Source: a virus. Taken from it: 64,000 nt of DNA. The stretch is taken from positions 1 through 64,000 of the IMG/VR virus record IMGVR_UViG_3300032307_000622. The stretch is one strand, 5' to 3'. A model generated the notes under the pieces. The model had not been told where the DNA came from. It worked only from the letters and a program-made list of their open reading frames with translations, and ran no database searches. Numbering within the stretch: the first letter of the stretch is position 1; every line of letters starts with the position of its first letter. Positions 18,290-28,100 of the stretch are shown piece by piece. The position numbers and the translations under genes are program-made.

Positions 18290-18978
18290 AGCTTCCTTAA
18301 ATATATATCGTAAAAACCAATAGGGTGTAGGGCAAGTGCATCTACAGCCCAACCTTGATTAAAATGTAAGAATTCGTTCACTGCTTGAAAGGTTCCGTAT
18401 GGGGAGTCTTCAATTACTCCATCATAAATCAAATAGTCATTAAGTCCAACTAGCCCACCACTCTTGACCATTGACGAAACTTTCTTTAATACTTCTCTTA
18501 TCTCTATTCTACCATTAGTCATGTCTATGTATATATAATCATATCCAGTTTCATTTGGCAAAACTTGTGGGGCAAATCCTTTAATTGTTCTAACACTGCC
18601 ATATTTTGAAAATAGATCAATGATATATTGCTCATTAGTTTCAGGGGTAAAAAGGAGTTCGTGCTTCATATTGGTACATTTACATTCACCAAATTTACGC
18701 CATGACCAGCATTTTAGATCATTGTTAAAGGGGTCAACGAGCACTATTTCTGAGGGGGCTGTTTGCTGGCAGACTAGCTCAGAGTAGTATCCCCAGGCAA
18801 CACCAATTTCCATATACTTGATGCCAGATGGCAGAGTCTTTATGTATTCCTCACGGCTAGAAAAAATTTTGGCATTGGTTAGCTGGTTCTGATTTATTGG
18901 CCTTGCAGGCTCTATCTCACCATCATTGGAGCCTGGGAGTTCTTCATAATCTAAAAACCTTGTTGGTATTTTTGCCAT
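18286..18978 (-). CDS. class I SAM-dependent methyltransferase (Methyltransf_24-like)
   Basis: MEIGVAWG, YDYIYID, GGLVGLNDY motifs. Confidence 0.8.
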   Translation of the reverse strand: MAKIPTRFLDYEELPGSNDGEIEPARPINQNQLTNAKIFSSREEYIKTLPSGIKYMEIGVAWGYYSELVCQQTAPSEIVLVDPFNNDLKCWSWRKFGECKCTNMKHELLFTPETNEQYIIDLFSKYGSVRTIKGFAPQVLPNETGYDYIYIDMTNGRIEIREVLKKVSSMVKSGGLVGLNDYLIYDGVIEDSPYGTFQAVNEFLHFNQGWAVDALALHPIGFYDIYLRKL

Positions 18979-19020
18979 AATTATAGTATATCATGTAGCC
19001 ATTGATGCTATAATATAACC

Positions 19021-19932
19021 ATGCCATATCATGTTGGAGAAAAAGGATCTTACGGTTGCTCAGGGTACCCTGCCCTAAAAGATGATGGCACCGTAATGGG
19101 TTGTCACACGACCAAGGAAGAGGCAGCTAATCAAATTTATGCCATCAATCAGTCTGAGGGCAACATAGACAAAGCTGATCCATGTTGGGATGGGTACACT
19201 CAGCGTGGTATGAAGCCAGGAGATAACGGCAGAATGGTTCCTAACTGTGTTCCAGTATCTAAGGCAGATGCTGCGATTACTGAGGGTGACTTCGTAATAG
19301 CAATGACATCTGAGGGACCAATTGTTGGCCAAGTAGAACACGTTATGCGTGAGGGTGGAACCTATGGAGAACCAGGCAATCCATATGCGGTTCAGTCTAC
19401 ACCAGAAAATCCAGCGGTAGCTATTAGAATGCTGGAAGAGGATGATGGAGTATATTATTACACACCTTACTCTATTGGTGCACTCATGTCTGATGTAAAT
19501 AGAATTAACATGCCTAATATTAGTATGGAAGATTACGAAGATGAAAAACTTATGGATAAAGCTGAAGGCTACTCTCCTCCTGCTGGGGCTCGTGCTGCTG
19601 CTCGTCGTGCTATCAAGTTCAAAGAAGAAGGTAAGGCCAAAGGAGCAGGAACTGCAGTTGGATGGACAAGAGCTAGACAATTGGCTAATGGAGAGACACT
19701 CTCGCTAAGCACTGTAAAGCGTATGTACTCATACTTTTCACGTCACGAGGTAGACAAAAAGGGCAAAGACTGGGGCAACCAGGCTAATCCATCTAACGGA
19801 TATATCATGTGGCTTGCTTGGGGTGGGGACGCAGGGTATTCCTGGTCTCGTAGAATTGCTCAGCGTGAAGCCGATAAGGCCATGTTCTCTGATTTTGGAA
19901 AAGACTACACAAAGTCTTCCAGATTAATTTAG
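19021..19932 (+). CDS. multi-domain phage protein (head-associated type)
   Basis: PCWDGY...PNCVP repeat domain; RARQLANGE..S..TVKRMYSYFSRH...WGGDAG domain. Confidence 0.6.
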   Translation: MPYHVGEKGSYGCSGYPALKDDGTVMGCHTTKEEAANQIYAINQSEGNIDKADPCWDGYTQRGMKPGDNGRMVPNCVPVSKADAAITEGDFVIAMTSEGPIVGQVEHVMREGGTYGEPGNPYAVQSTPENPAVAIRMLEEDDGVYYYTPYSIGALMSDVNRINMPNISMEDYEDEKLMDKAEGYSPPAGARAAARRAIKFKEEGKAKGAGTAVGWTRARQLANGETLSLSTVKRMYSYFSRHEVDKKGKDWGNQANPSNGYIMWLAWGGDAGYSWSRRIAQREADKAMFSDFGKDYTKSSRLI

Positions 19933-19933
19933 C

Positions 19934-19962
19934 TTGACATTGCTTAACTAAAATGTTATAAT
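19934..19962 (+). promoter_or_regulatory. promoter of hsp20
   Basis: TTGACA-17-TATAAT with extended TG. Confidence 0.75.
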
Positions 19963-20009
19963 ATATATGCCTGCCATTTGGGGGCAATTAACTCGCTTAA
20001 TATAAGGAG

Positions 20010-20408
20010 ATGATATATATGGTTATTTTTAATGACCCATTCGGAAGCCTTGCTCAGGAATTTGAGAAGGTATTCAATCAGCCAGTAAAGGCATCTTACC
20101 CACCATACAACATCAACAAGATCTCGGACGAGCACTATGTCCTAGAGTTTGCTGTTGCTGGATTCAATCAGTATGGCATTGATATCTCAGTAGAGAAGGA
20201 TGTGCTAACTGTTAAGGGTGAGCGTCATGAGGATGAAAAGGCCAACTATGTTCACAAGGGCATTGCTGGTCGTAAGTTCACACGATCATTCAGTCTGCCA
20301 GAATATTTTGAGGTAGACAGGGCATCTATGATTGATGGAATTCTGTACATTGATTTGTACAAGCGTGTTCCAGAAGAAAAGAAGCCAAAGAAGATTAGCA
20401 TTAACTAA
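20010..20408 (+). CDS. small heat-shock protein Hsp20 (IbpA-like)
   Basis: YPPYNI, AVAGF, HKGIAGRKFTRSF, DGIL motifs. Confidence 0.92.
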   Translation: MIYMVIFNDPFGSLAQEFEKVFNQPVKASYPPYNINKISDEHYVLEFAVAGFNQYGIDISVEKDVLTVKGERHEDEKANYVHKGIAGRKFTRSFSLPEYFEVDRASMIDGILYIDLYKRVPEEKKPKKISIN

Positions 20409-20421
20409 TCTATTAGTCATG

Positions 20422-20450
20422 TTGTCCTGGGCACGACAAAAAACTGCCCA
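20422..20450 (+). ncRNA. 3'-UTR pseudoknot motif copy 2
   Basis: TTGTC-CT-GGGCA-C-GACAA-AAAAC-TGCCCA, 13 nt after the hsp20 stop. Confidence 0.65.
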
Positions 20451-20513
20451 AATCACTTGACAAGCTGTCTATTTTGCAGTATCATATTAATATTAAACAA
20501 AGTTAGGTTAAAA

Positions 20514-20801
20514 ATGATTAAACCACTAGAAGACAAGGTAGTTCTAGAGCTTCCCGAAGAGGAAGAAAAGACTACACAGTTTGGCCTTATTATTGCAGGG
20601 TCAAGCGATGAGAAACCACAAGAGGCTATTGTTGTTGCTGTAGGTCCAGGTGCTAGGTTTGCAGACGGAACACTTATGGAGCTAGACCTTAAGGTTGGTG
20701 ACAAGGTAATCTTTTCAAAGTATCAAGGAACGGAAGTTGAGCACGAGGGCAAAGACTATTTAATTATTGCCTATCGTGATATTTTTGCAGTCATTGACTA
20801 A
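20514..20801 (+). CDS. groES: co-chaperonin GroES
   Basis: IKPLEDKV, EKPQE..VVAVGPG, KVGDKVIFSKY.GTEV motifs. Confidence 0.95.
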   Translation: MIKPLEDKVVLELPEEEEKTTQFGLIIAGSSDEKPQEAIVVAVGPGARFADGTLMELDLKVGDKVIFSKYQGTEVEHEGKDYLIIAYRDIFAVID

Positions 20802-20824
20802 CTAGCAAAAAGATTGGATGGCGT

Positions 20825-21244
20825 ATGATATTACATGGACCAGCCTATACTGAAATTGGGCAAATACTTTTAACCAATACCGAAACTCTTGAGTACGAGG
20901 CTGATTGGGCAACAAACGGTCTTCAGGCAATTGCTGAAGTAATTGCTGAACATAGAGGACATGTTGAGGACAAGTATGGCTATGGGCCATTGCTAACATC
21001 TAACGAAGGTGATCATGAGTTTGACAACAAAACTTTTACTATGCGTACTTATTGTTGGTGTGATGGTGCTTTGGAAGGCCATGAAGATGCCTGTCCACCC
21101 AATTTTGTCTACAAGCCTAGCGGTATTAATATTACTTGGTATAAGCATGCTGGTAGAGGTATTACAGCAAATATAGAATGGATGCCAGCATTAGATTGGC
21201 ACAGAATAGTAAACGAATGTATAGAAAGTGTAGCTAAACAATGA
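20825..21244 (+). CDS. hypothetical protein
   Basis: YCWCD, PNF, WYKHAGRG motifs. Confidence 0.65.
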   Translation: MILHGPAYTEIGQILLTNTETLEYEADWATNGLQAIAEVIAEHRGHVEDKYGYGPLLTSNEGDHEFDNKTFTMRTYCWCDGALEGHEDACPPNFVYKPSGINITWYKHAGRGITANIEWMPALDWHRIVNECIESVAKQ

Positions 21245-21513
21245 ATAATATTCTACAAGAAAACGAAGAGCATGGACATGAAGAGCATGGGCATGAAGAG
21301 GTAGTGACTACAGTTGAAGTTCACGAGCACGGCGATGGACTAGATGGCTTGTTTGAGGTAATGTTTGGCTTTGAGCATGTTGTTGCAGAGTTTTTTTGGA
21401 ATGCAATCTTTTTGATAGCTGGTTTTGCAATTTCAAGATTTATTGGTTGGCAAAAAATTCACAAGTATATTGATGACAGACATGGTGTCAAGCACAATAA
21501 AGATGAATACTGA
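21241..21513 (+). CDS. His-rich small membrane protein
   Basis: EEHGHEEHGH repeat, TM segment, HKYIDDRHGVKH. Confidence 0.65.
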   Translation: MNNILQENEEHGHEEHGHEEVVTTVEVHEHGDGLDGLFEVMFGFEHVVAEFFWNAIFLIAGFAISRFIGWQKIHKYIDDRHGVKHNKDEY

Positions 21514-21664
21514 TTCAGAAAATATCTGGGCAGAGATAGCAAAGATTAACAGAGAGCTTGACAGAATAGATATTGAGCTTAGTATGAACAGAGAAGCTCT
21601 TCAATCAATTGAAATTGATTTAATGCTTTTTAAAACTGAACTTGACTATCTTACAGAGGGCTGA
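21503..21664 (+). CDS. small coiled-coil protein
   Basis: MNTDSENIWAEIAKINRELDRID... Confidence 0.5.
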   Translation: MNTDSENIWAEIAKINRELDRIDIELSMNREALQSIEIDLMLFKTELDYLTEG

Positions 21665-21731
21665 TAGCTCAGCTGGTTAGAGCAGCGGACTCATAATCCG
21701 TCGGTCATGGGTTCAAGTCCCATTCAGCCCA
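21658..21731 (+). tRNA. tRNA with CAT anticodon (probably Ile2, otherwise elongator Met)
   Basis: Acceptor GGGCTGA/TCAGCCC; anticodon loop CTCATAA; GTTCAAGTC. Confidence 0.9.
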
Positions 21732-21736
21732 CAGAA

Positions 21737-21809
21737 GCTCCTGTATTCCAATGGTAGAGAAAGAAGACTTAAAATCTTTACAGTGTGGGTTCGAATCCCA
21801 CCAGGAGTA
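21737..21809 (+). tRNA. tRNA-Leu(TAA), short variable arm
   Basis: Acceptor GCTCCTG/CAGGAGT; anticodon loop CTTAAAA; GTTCGAATC. Confidence 0.85.
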
Positions 21810-21854
21810 CAAAAAATGGTATAATATTTCCTGTTATAGATTGGATCCCAAATT

Positions 21855-22148
21855 TTGAGTAAAAAGAATAAACCAGAATGGATGCTTGCATTAAAAACAA
21901 TGCGTAATCCAAAATATTGGAATAGGGCTAACACTGTAGAGTTTTTTGCCTTTATGGTAAAACTGGTAATCATATTCCCAGGACTTATATTTGGTATTCA
22001 ATTTTGGTGGCTATACATTTTTGCATTGGTGTCAAGTCTTGCATTGATATGGTCATCTACTATAAAAACTTTGCCAACAATTATTTTGTTTAACATTGGC
22101 TGGACAATCTTGGCTAGTGCGGCAATAATAAAGTATTGGTTTTTTTAA
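21855..22148 (+). CDS. small multi-pass membrane protein
   Basis: Three hydrophobic segments. Confidence 0.65.
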   Translation: MSKKNKPEWMLALKTMRNPKYWNRANTVEFFAFMVKLVIIFPGLIFGIQFWWLYIFALVSSLALIWSSTIKTLPTIILFNIGWTILASAAIIKYWFF

Positions 22149-22160
22149 TAAGGAGAGCTT

Positions 22161-23363
22161 GTGTCGAAAAAAATTGCTATTGTCGGAAGAGGCACTGCTG
22201 GTAGCCTTGCAATTAGCAGCCTATCACGTAGGTTTGCAGACTATGAAATTGAGTGGTACTTTGATCCCAAAATCCCTACTCAGGCGGTAGGAGAAGGCTC
22301 CACCATTACCGTTCCAAGAAACCTATTCCTTGGTTTTGGCTTTACTTATGAAGACTTTTTTCGTGTAGACGGAACAGTTAAAACTGGAATCTATAAAAAG
22401 AACTGGGGCCTAAAGAATGAGGTTTTTCGCCACGACTTCCGTCCTCCAGCATCTGGGATTCACTTCTCTGCCGTAGGCATACAAAAATACATCATGGAAC
22501 AGTCTGAGAAAATTCTTGGTGATAGGCTTAAGATAATTCCAGAACTAGTTGACTACAATAATATTGATGCAGACTATATTTTTGATGCCAGCGGTGCTCC
22601 AAAAGACTATGAAAAATTTTATAAGTCTGATTATATTCCAGTTAATGCTACATATGTGACCCAGTGCTACTGGGACTTTCCAAGGTTTGACTATACCCTG
22701 GCCATAGCTTCTAAACATGGATGGGTATTTGGTATTCCGTTACAGAATAGGTGCTCCATTGGCTATATGTACAATAGCAATATAACAACCAAAGAAGAGA
22801 TTATTGAAGACGTTAAAGGGATTTTTGAAGAGTGGAATCTGACTCCAAGCACGGATACAATTAGTATTAACTTTAATAATTATTATAGAAAAGAAAACTA
22901 TGAAGATGGTGGAAGAATTGCTCATAGTGGAAACTCTTCCTTTTTCCTAGAACCACTTGAAGCCACATCTACTGGTCTTATGACCAAGATTCAATCAGAT
23001 GCTGGAGATGTGTGGAGTGGTTTGCAGACAGCAGAAGAGGCAAACCAGGCTTATTTGGATGAACTAAGAAATATTGAGCTGATGATTATGTTGCACTATG
23101 CATCTGGATCTAAGTTCAAAACAGATTTTTGGGAGTTTGCCCAGGAACGTGGAATTAGAAAGATAGAAAGCTACAAAGATAATGCAAGATTTAGAGAGAT
23201 ATTTGAGGCCGTGAAAGATGGAAAGAGTTTTTACGACTCACTAAGCTTGCCACAAAGCATTGTTGAATCTGGTGACTTTGGTAGTTGGCCAGCTGCTGCA
23301 TACATGGTAAATATGGAAAAACTTGGCGTAAAGCCAACAGTAGATAAGATACTTAATCATTAG
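22161..23363 (+). CDS. tryptophan halogenase-like flavoprotein
   Basis: GRGTAG FAD motif, VGEGS, GWVFGIPL (WxWxIP-like), FLEPLEATS. Confidence 0.8.
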   Translation: MSKKIAIVGRGTAGSLAISSLSRRFADYEIEWYFDPKIPTQAVGEGSTITVPRNLFLGFGFTYEDFFRVDGTVKTGIYKKNWGLKNEVFRHDFRPPASGIHFSAVGIQKYIMEQSEKILGDRLKIIPELVDYNNIDADYIFDASGAPKDYEKFYKSDYIPVNATYVTQCYWDFPRFDYTLAIASKHGWVFGIPLQNRCSIGYMYNSNITTKEEIIEDVKGIFEEWNLTPSTDTISINFNNYYRKENYEDGGRIAHSGNSSFFLEPLEATSTGLMTKIQSDAGDVWSGLQTAEEANQAYLDELRNIELMIMLHYASGSKFKTDFWEFAQERGIRKIESYKDNARFREIFEAVKDGKSFYDSLSLPQSIVESGDFGSWPAAAYMVNMEKLGVKPTVDKILNH

Positions 23364-23366
23364 AAT

Positions 23367-24338
23367 ATGAGTGAAGAAAAGTTAAAAATTGTAGCATATG
23401 TTCATGGATATTTTCCAAACCATAATGCTGGAGCTGAAGCAATGCTTCATCAAATCTTGCTTGACCTTGTTGGTAGGGGACACGAAGTAAAAGTCCTTAC
23501 AGCCAATCCAGGTGCAGAAGAATATGAGGGAATACCTCTATATGAGGTTCATGGCAAAGACGAACAAGAAATTTTAAAATGGTGCAACATCATTGTTACA
23601 CATCTGGATAAAACTCGTTTCGCAATGCAGCATGGAAAGAGATTTAAAAAGCCAGTGGCACACCTAGTGCACAATGACAAACAGCTATCTTATAACAAAG
23701 TTTTTGAGAATAGCGGTGACAGTCTGGCAATCGCAAACTCTGAATGGATCAGAAAAACAATTAGACGTGGAATGCCATCATTGGTTGTGTATCCTCCAAC
23801 CATTCCAAATCGTTATGCCGTAGATAGCACTAAAGAATATATAACTTTAATCAATATGAATGAGGGTAAGGGCGGAAAAATGTTCTGGCAGCTAGCAAGA
23901 ATCTTGCCAGAATATAAGTTTTTGGGGGTTCGTGGGGCATATGGGGAGCAAATAGAGTATTCTAAAAATCTTCCCAATGTTACGATTATTGATAATACCC
24001 CTAACATTCAAGAAGTTTATGGTAAAACAAGAATTATTTTGATGCCGTCATCATATGAAAGCTGGGGCCGTGTTGCCATGGAAGCCTCTTGCTCTGGTAT
24101 TCCAGTAATTGCTACGCCAACTCCAGGACTACAAGAATCCTTAGATTACTCTGGCATTTTTGTTGACTTTGACGATGTTGCAGGGTATGTTGAGGCCATT
24201 AGAATGTTGGACAATGATAAGAATTACGATAAATATTCTAAACTAGTTAAGAAAAGATCTAAAGAGATTTATGCAGCTTCCGAACAGCAGCTAAATGATT
24301 TAGAAAAAAGGTTACTCAATACTGTTTTTAAAATCTAA
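23367..24338 (+). CDS. GT4-family glycosyltransferase
   Basis: AGAE, KGG, PSSYESWGRVAMEA..SGIPVI motifs. Confidence 0.88.
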   Translation: MSEEKLKIVAYVHGYFPNHNAGAEAMLHQILLDLVGRGHEVKVLTANPGAEEYEGIPLYEVHGKDEQEILKWCNIIVTHLDKTRFAMQHGKRFKKPVAHLVHNDKQLSYNKVFENSGDSLAIANSEWIRKTIRRGMPSLVVYPPTIPNRYAVDSTKEYITLINMNEGKGGKMFWQLARILPEYKFLGVRGAYGEQIEYSKNLPNVTIIDNTPNIQEVYGKTRIILMPSSYESWGRVAMEASCSGIPVIATPTPGLQESLDYSGIFVDFDDVAGYVEAIRMLDNDKNYDKYSKLVKKRSKEIYAASEQQLNDLEKRLLNTVFKI

Positions 24339-25019
24339 CTCATAAATGGTTGGCTCTGAAAACATCTCTGCCAAAAGACTATCTTTGACTAATTCAAAAG
24401 AGCTATCGTCAGTAGACATAAAGTCATGCCTAAGGCTAGTAAAGTCATAGCTCTTACTTTTTAGAGGTCCGCCATCATATACCTTTACATCGTCTATCTT
24501 TTTGCCACCAACAGCAAAAATATTGCCATAGCTAGATCTCCATAAGCCGCCTCCCTTGATAGCCTGACCCAATCCACTCCTAGACATTATCATTGGAACA
24601 TGGATGTCATAGTCTAATGGATCTTTTATCCCCATCCTAATCAATTTCATATAGGTTTGTTGCAATAAACTTGTATAGGCAGACCGCATGGCCAAATCCT
24701 GGTGAAGTTCAACCTTTGATCGTAATGAGCCACCATGAAAATTCTTCATTCTTTTAACTGGTTTTAACACAAAAAAGTCATCATTCATTAATATAAATTT
24801 ATTTGAAATTAGATTATTATTCTTAATCTCTTCTAGAATATTTCTTACATTGGAGTATTTGCTGCTAGCTTGTTTTACTGGTATAAAGTTTCCACCATAC
24901 CACTCTGGTTTTCCCCCAACGACCCAAATCTTGCTATGTGGCAAATTTTTGACGGCGGATCTAATAGAATACCTAAGCTCTTCATTTTCGCCATCTCTAC
25001 AAATATATACCAAATCCAT
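24312..25019 (-). CDS. Stealth-like (CR2) phosphotransferase/glycosyltransferase
   Basis: MDLVY, EELRYSIRS, FILMNDDFF, HVPM motifs. Confidence 0.7.
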   Translation of the reverse strand: MDLVYICRDGENEELRYSIRSAVKNLPHSKIWVVGGKPEWYGGNFIPVKQASSKYSNVRNILEEIKNNNLISNKFILMNDDFFVLKPVKRMKNFHGGSLRSKVELHQDLAMRSAYTSLLQQTYMKLIRMGIKDPLDYDIHVPMIMSRSGLGQAIKGGGLWRSSYGNIFAVGGKKIDDVKVYDGGPLKSKSYDFTSLRHDFMSTDDSSFELVKDSLLAEMFSEPTIYELDFKNSIE

Positions 25020-25068
25020 CTGTCAAGTATATCATGTAGCAATTATGACAGTATGATATACTAATTAG

Positions 25069-25236
25069 ATGGATACATGTACACAATGCAATCATGAGTT
25101 AGTTAATATTATTTATGGTATGCCTGGACCTAAGCTAATTGAAATGGCTAAGAATGAAGATATCGCATTGGGTGGCTGCTCTATAATCGTTGACAGGCCA
25201 AGATTATATTGCTATGGTTGTGGAGAAACTTATTAG
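25069..25236 (+). CDS. small zinc-ribbon protein
   Basis: Hand-translated CTQC...IIYGMP...ALGGC...CYGCG; leaderless promoter. Confidence 0.7.
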   Translation: MDTCTQCNHELVNIIYGMPGPKLIEMAKNEDIALGGCSIIVDRPRLYCYGCGETY

Positions 25237-25790
25237 TTTTCATACCTGGAAATTTCACAAGCAGCCTGATAAATTTCATAAGCTTCACACAAATCATGTT
25301 GTAGAATTTTTGCTTTAATGCTGTCATATTGTGAGTAGGTTTTGCTAGAAACTAAATATCCATTAACTGAGTCTATCCTATCCTCTATTGTGTGATATGG
25401 GATGTAGTTTGGGACAGATGGCTTTTGTATATCAAGCTTATTAACTACTTTTTCTAATGCAAAATCAAGGTTATTTGTAAAATCTTCATAAATTAGTATT
25501 GCTTTTGATGCTTCAATAATTTTTTTATTTGTTTTGATATACCTATCAATAAAACCGTCAATATTAATTTCATCGTTTGGTGGAGTATTTTGTAAAAAAT
25601 GCCCCATTGCAATATCTGAGGTAATCGAATCCAGTGGGTCTCTAACTATCCCAATAATCTTATGATCATCTTTAAATTTATATTCAGGGCTATGGGTTTT
25701 TTGTATATCTATGCCAGTCTTTTTTTGAAAAGCTGCTGCAAAATACCTAGATGCAACTCTGGGGGTACATAAAATAATTGGTGTGCTCAT
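25233..25790 (-). CDS. sulfotransferase-like protein
   Basis: PRVASRY (PAPS-loop-like), KTH, IVRDPLDSITS, YEDF motifs. Confidence 0.55.
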   Translation of the reverse strand: MSTPIILCTPRVASRYFAAAFQKKTGIDIQKTHSPEYKFKDDHKIIGIVRDPLDSITSDIAMGHFLQNTPPNDEINIDGFIDRYIKTNKKIIEASKAILIYEDFTNNLDFALEKVVNKLDIQKPSVPNYIPYHTIEDRIDSVNGYLVSSKTYSQYDSIKAKILQHDLCEAYEIYQAACEISRYEN

Positions 25791-25867
25791 GACTTCCTTG
25801 CCGTTTAATAAACTAATTATATCAACAAATACTTGATAAAAATATTTCTAAGAGGTATAATATGTAT

Positions 25868-26092
25868 ATGGATATTAATAGTATAGCAAATATGAAGCTG
25901 TCGGACTTTGAGAATATTGGGAAAGATCAGTATAATAAAGGATTTTCTGCAGCCCTAACAATAGTAGTTAAGCTATTAAGCAATCAGATATGCGAAGACT
26001 ACAATGCAGACGGTCAGTGTTCTCACGACAAATGCCCTGCCTTTTTTGAGCTATCAGAAGGCCTTAATGCTGCAAAAAATAATGTTTTGTAG
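25868..26092 (+). CDS. hypothetical protein
   Basis: ORF with a leaderless-type promoter. Confidence 0.55.
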   Translation: MDINSIANMKLSDFENIGKDQYNKGFSAALTIVVKLLSNQICEDYNADGQCSHDKCPAFFELSEGLNAAKNNVL

Positions 26093-26127
26093 TTGACAAA
26101 GACAGCAAACTTAGATATTATATAAGT

Positions 26128-26595
26128 ATGCAAACTTTTTTACCTTATAAAGATTTTGATGAATCTGCTCATATCCTAGACTCAAAGCGTTTAAACAAGC
26201 AAATTCTAGAGGGGTATCAGATTTTAAAAGTTCTCAATAACCCAGATCCTCGTGCTGCCTGGAGAAATCATCCAGCAGTAAAAATGTGGAAAGGTTTCGA
26301 GAATGCTTTATTTACATATATTTTAGCAATGTTGCGTGAAGCTGACTATCGTGGAATTAAGACTGATAAGAATAAAGAAAATTTGGTTCGGCTTCGTACT
26401 GCAACAATATCAAATTGGGGTAGTGGCTACCCAAGGTGGCTCTCTGACAAAAAGAAAATATCTAGAATAACTGAGTCTCACAGGGCCAACCTATATAGAA
26501 AAGATCCAGAATTTTATGACATGTTTCGTAATGATAAAGCCAATCCTTGCTGCGATAAGTGCCAGTATTACTGGGTAACCCATGAGCAGAACTAG
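26128..26595 (+). CDS. pyrimidine-dimer DNA glycosylase-like (MSMEG_6728 family)
   Basis: MQTFLPY, LDxKRLNKQILE, WRNHPAVKMW, SHRANL motifs. Confidence 0.85.
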   Translation: MQTFLPYKDFDESAHILDSKRLNKQILEGYQILKVLNNPDPRAAWRNHPAVKMWKGFENALFTYILAMLREADYRGIKTDKNKENLVRLRTATISNWGSGYPRWLSDKKKISRITESHRANLYRKDPEFYDMFRNDKANPCCDKCQYYWVTHEQN

Positions 26596-27185
26596 TGTAT
26601 AATAGATTTATGACAGTATCCCCAATAGATATCAAAGCTAGCAATATCAATTTAAATCTAATAGATGTTGTTGATATATCTGAAATAAAAAGATTAGTAA
26701 GCCAGCTCACAGAAGAAGAATGGCTAGAAAATACATCCAGGCAAACTAGCTTTAAGAACCACTCTACAACACAGACATACTTCTTGGTAGATTATTTCTT
26801 GGGCTGGGAAAAGAACACTTCATATGAAGCCAAAGTCCTTCGTCCAGAATCGTTGATCTGGAAAGAAATCGCTCCAATTGTTGAGAAATTAGAAAAGTAT
26901 CACGATGGCAAGGTTGGCAGGGTTATCATTCCAAAACTTCTTGCAGGTGGAATTATTGATGCACATACAGATGGCGGAGATTATCTAGAATCTGTCCACC
27001 GTCACCACATAGCAATTGTTACCAATGAGGATGTCTTTTTTAGAGTTGGGGATGAAATAATCAACATGTTCGCTGGAGAGATTTGGGAGATTAACAACAA
27101 CATGCTCCATGAAGTAGAGAACATGTCTGACCAAGACAGAATTCATCTCTTAATAGACATTATTCCTAATAAATATTTAGGATAA
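26595..27185 (+). CDS. aspartyl/asparaginyl beta-hydroxylase-like 2OG oxygenase
   Basis: HTD, RHHI, GEIWEINN..LHEV.N...RIHLLID motifs. Confidence 0.82.
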   Translation: MYNRFMTVSPIDIKASNINLNLIDVVDISEIKRLVSQLTEEEWLENTSRQTSFKNHSTTQTYFLVDYFLGWEKNTSYEAKVLRPESLIWKEIAPIVEKLEKYHDGKVGRVIIPKLLAGGIIDAHTDGGDYLESVHRHHIAIVTNEDVFFRVGDEIINMFAGEIWEINNNMLHEVENMSDQDRIHLLIDIIPNKYLG

Positions 27186-27362
27186 TTCCTGGCTATTCTT
27201 AATGATTGGCTTTAGTTTGTCCCAGCTACCAGACTCAGACCCTTCGTATACTTGACCTGTCTCTCTGTCTATTAGCAACCATTTTTGTGGAGACTTTGTA
27301 TATACTTCTAGCCTCACTGGGCGTTCAAGTTCTGGATATTTGGCGGAATATCGATCACTCAT
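27177..27362 (-). CDS. hypothetical protein
   Basis: TKSPQKWLLIDRETGQVY motif. Confidence 0.65.
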   Translation of the reverse strand: MSDRYSAKYPELERPVRLEVYTKSPQKWLLIDRETGQVYEGSESGSWDKLKPIIKNSQELS

Positions 27363-27629
27363 TTAATTCACCAATGACTCCAGCATAAGCTGTGTAGCAG
27401 TACCTATATGACCATCCTGCATTGTATTATCTACTAGACCAATAAAAATAGGGAAGAATACAGGAAGGTTGTATTTGCTTGTATAGTATTTGTATATGCC
27501 CTCATCAGACTGACTATCTATCTTTGTATATTTAATATCTGGATTTTCTATAATTAGCTTATCTATGATAGCTGTCATTTGATTGCATCCAGTAGATTCT
27601 GAATGGCTTAGGTGAATTAACTCTTTCAT
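27363..27629 (-). CDS. thioredoxin-fold protein (degenerate)
   Basis: Parallels the 17021 gene (MKEL..., GC, P.F, HIG). Confidence 0.5.
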   Translation of the reverse strand: MKELIHLSHSESTGCNQMTAIIDKLIIENPDIKYTKIDSQSDEGIYKYYTSKYNLPVFFPIFIGLVDNTMQDGHIGTATQLMLESLVN

Positions 27630-27685
27630 ACATTAATTATATCAAAACTATTGACTTTTGAGCTGTTTTCTTATAAAATATATAC

Positions 27686-27880
27686 ATGTTTGTAACGGCT
27701 AAACGAGATACCTTTATTAATCTTATGAGTGATATAGATGTTGAAACTCCTATTTCACAGGGAACTTGGATGTTCCATATCACATCTGATAAGCAAACTA
27801 AGTACCTAGAGCCAGATGAGATCTGTGTGTATCTTCCTGGCATGGGGGTAAATTTTACTTATAAGGGAGACTGGGAATAG
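27686..27880 (+). CDS. hypothetical protein
   Basis: TTGACT...TAAAAT promoter, leaderless ATG. Confidence 0.55.
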   Translation: MFVTAKRDTFINLMSDIDVETPISQGTWMFHITSDKQTKYLEPDEICVYLPGMGVNFTYKGDWE

Positions 27881-27881
27881 C

Positions 27882-28079
27882 ATGGGGCTAACTGATTACA
27901 CCATTGGTGACAAGAAGTACTGGAACGCTGGCAGAGATTATGAGCGTGAGCGTATCATTAAATTATTAGAGCCTCTTGCCAAACACAGAGACTGTGAACT
28001 GGGCTGTTATCCAGAAGACTGCTCTGCACCCAGTTATGCATATGCTATTGAGCTAATCAAAGGAGAGACAGATGAGTAA
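27882..28079 (+). CDS. hypothetical phage protein
   Basis: ERERIIKLLE...AIELIKGE motif. Confidence 0.6.
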   Translation: MGLTDYTIGDKKYWNAGRDYERERIIKLLEPLAKHRDCELGCYPEDCSAPSYAYAIELIKGETDE

Positions 28080-28100
28080 GTGGACTAACAAGGAATAACC

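Noticed and set aside
19925-20010. HspR (HAIR) or HrcA (CIRCE) operator before hsp20
   Set aside because: No matching inverted repeat is seen.
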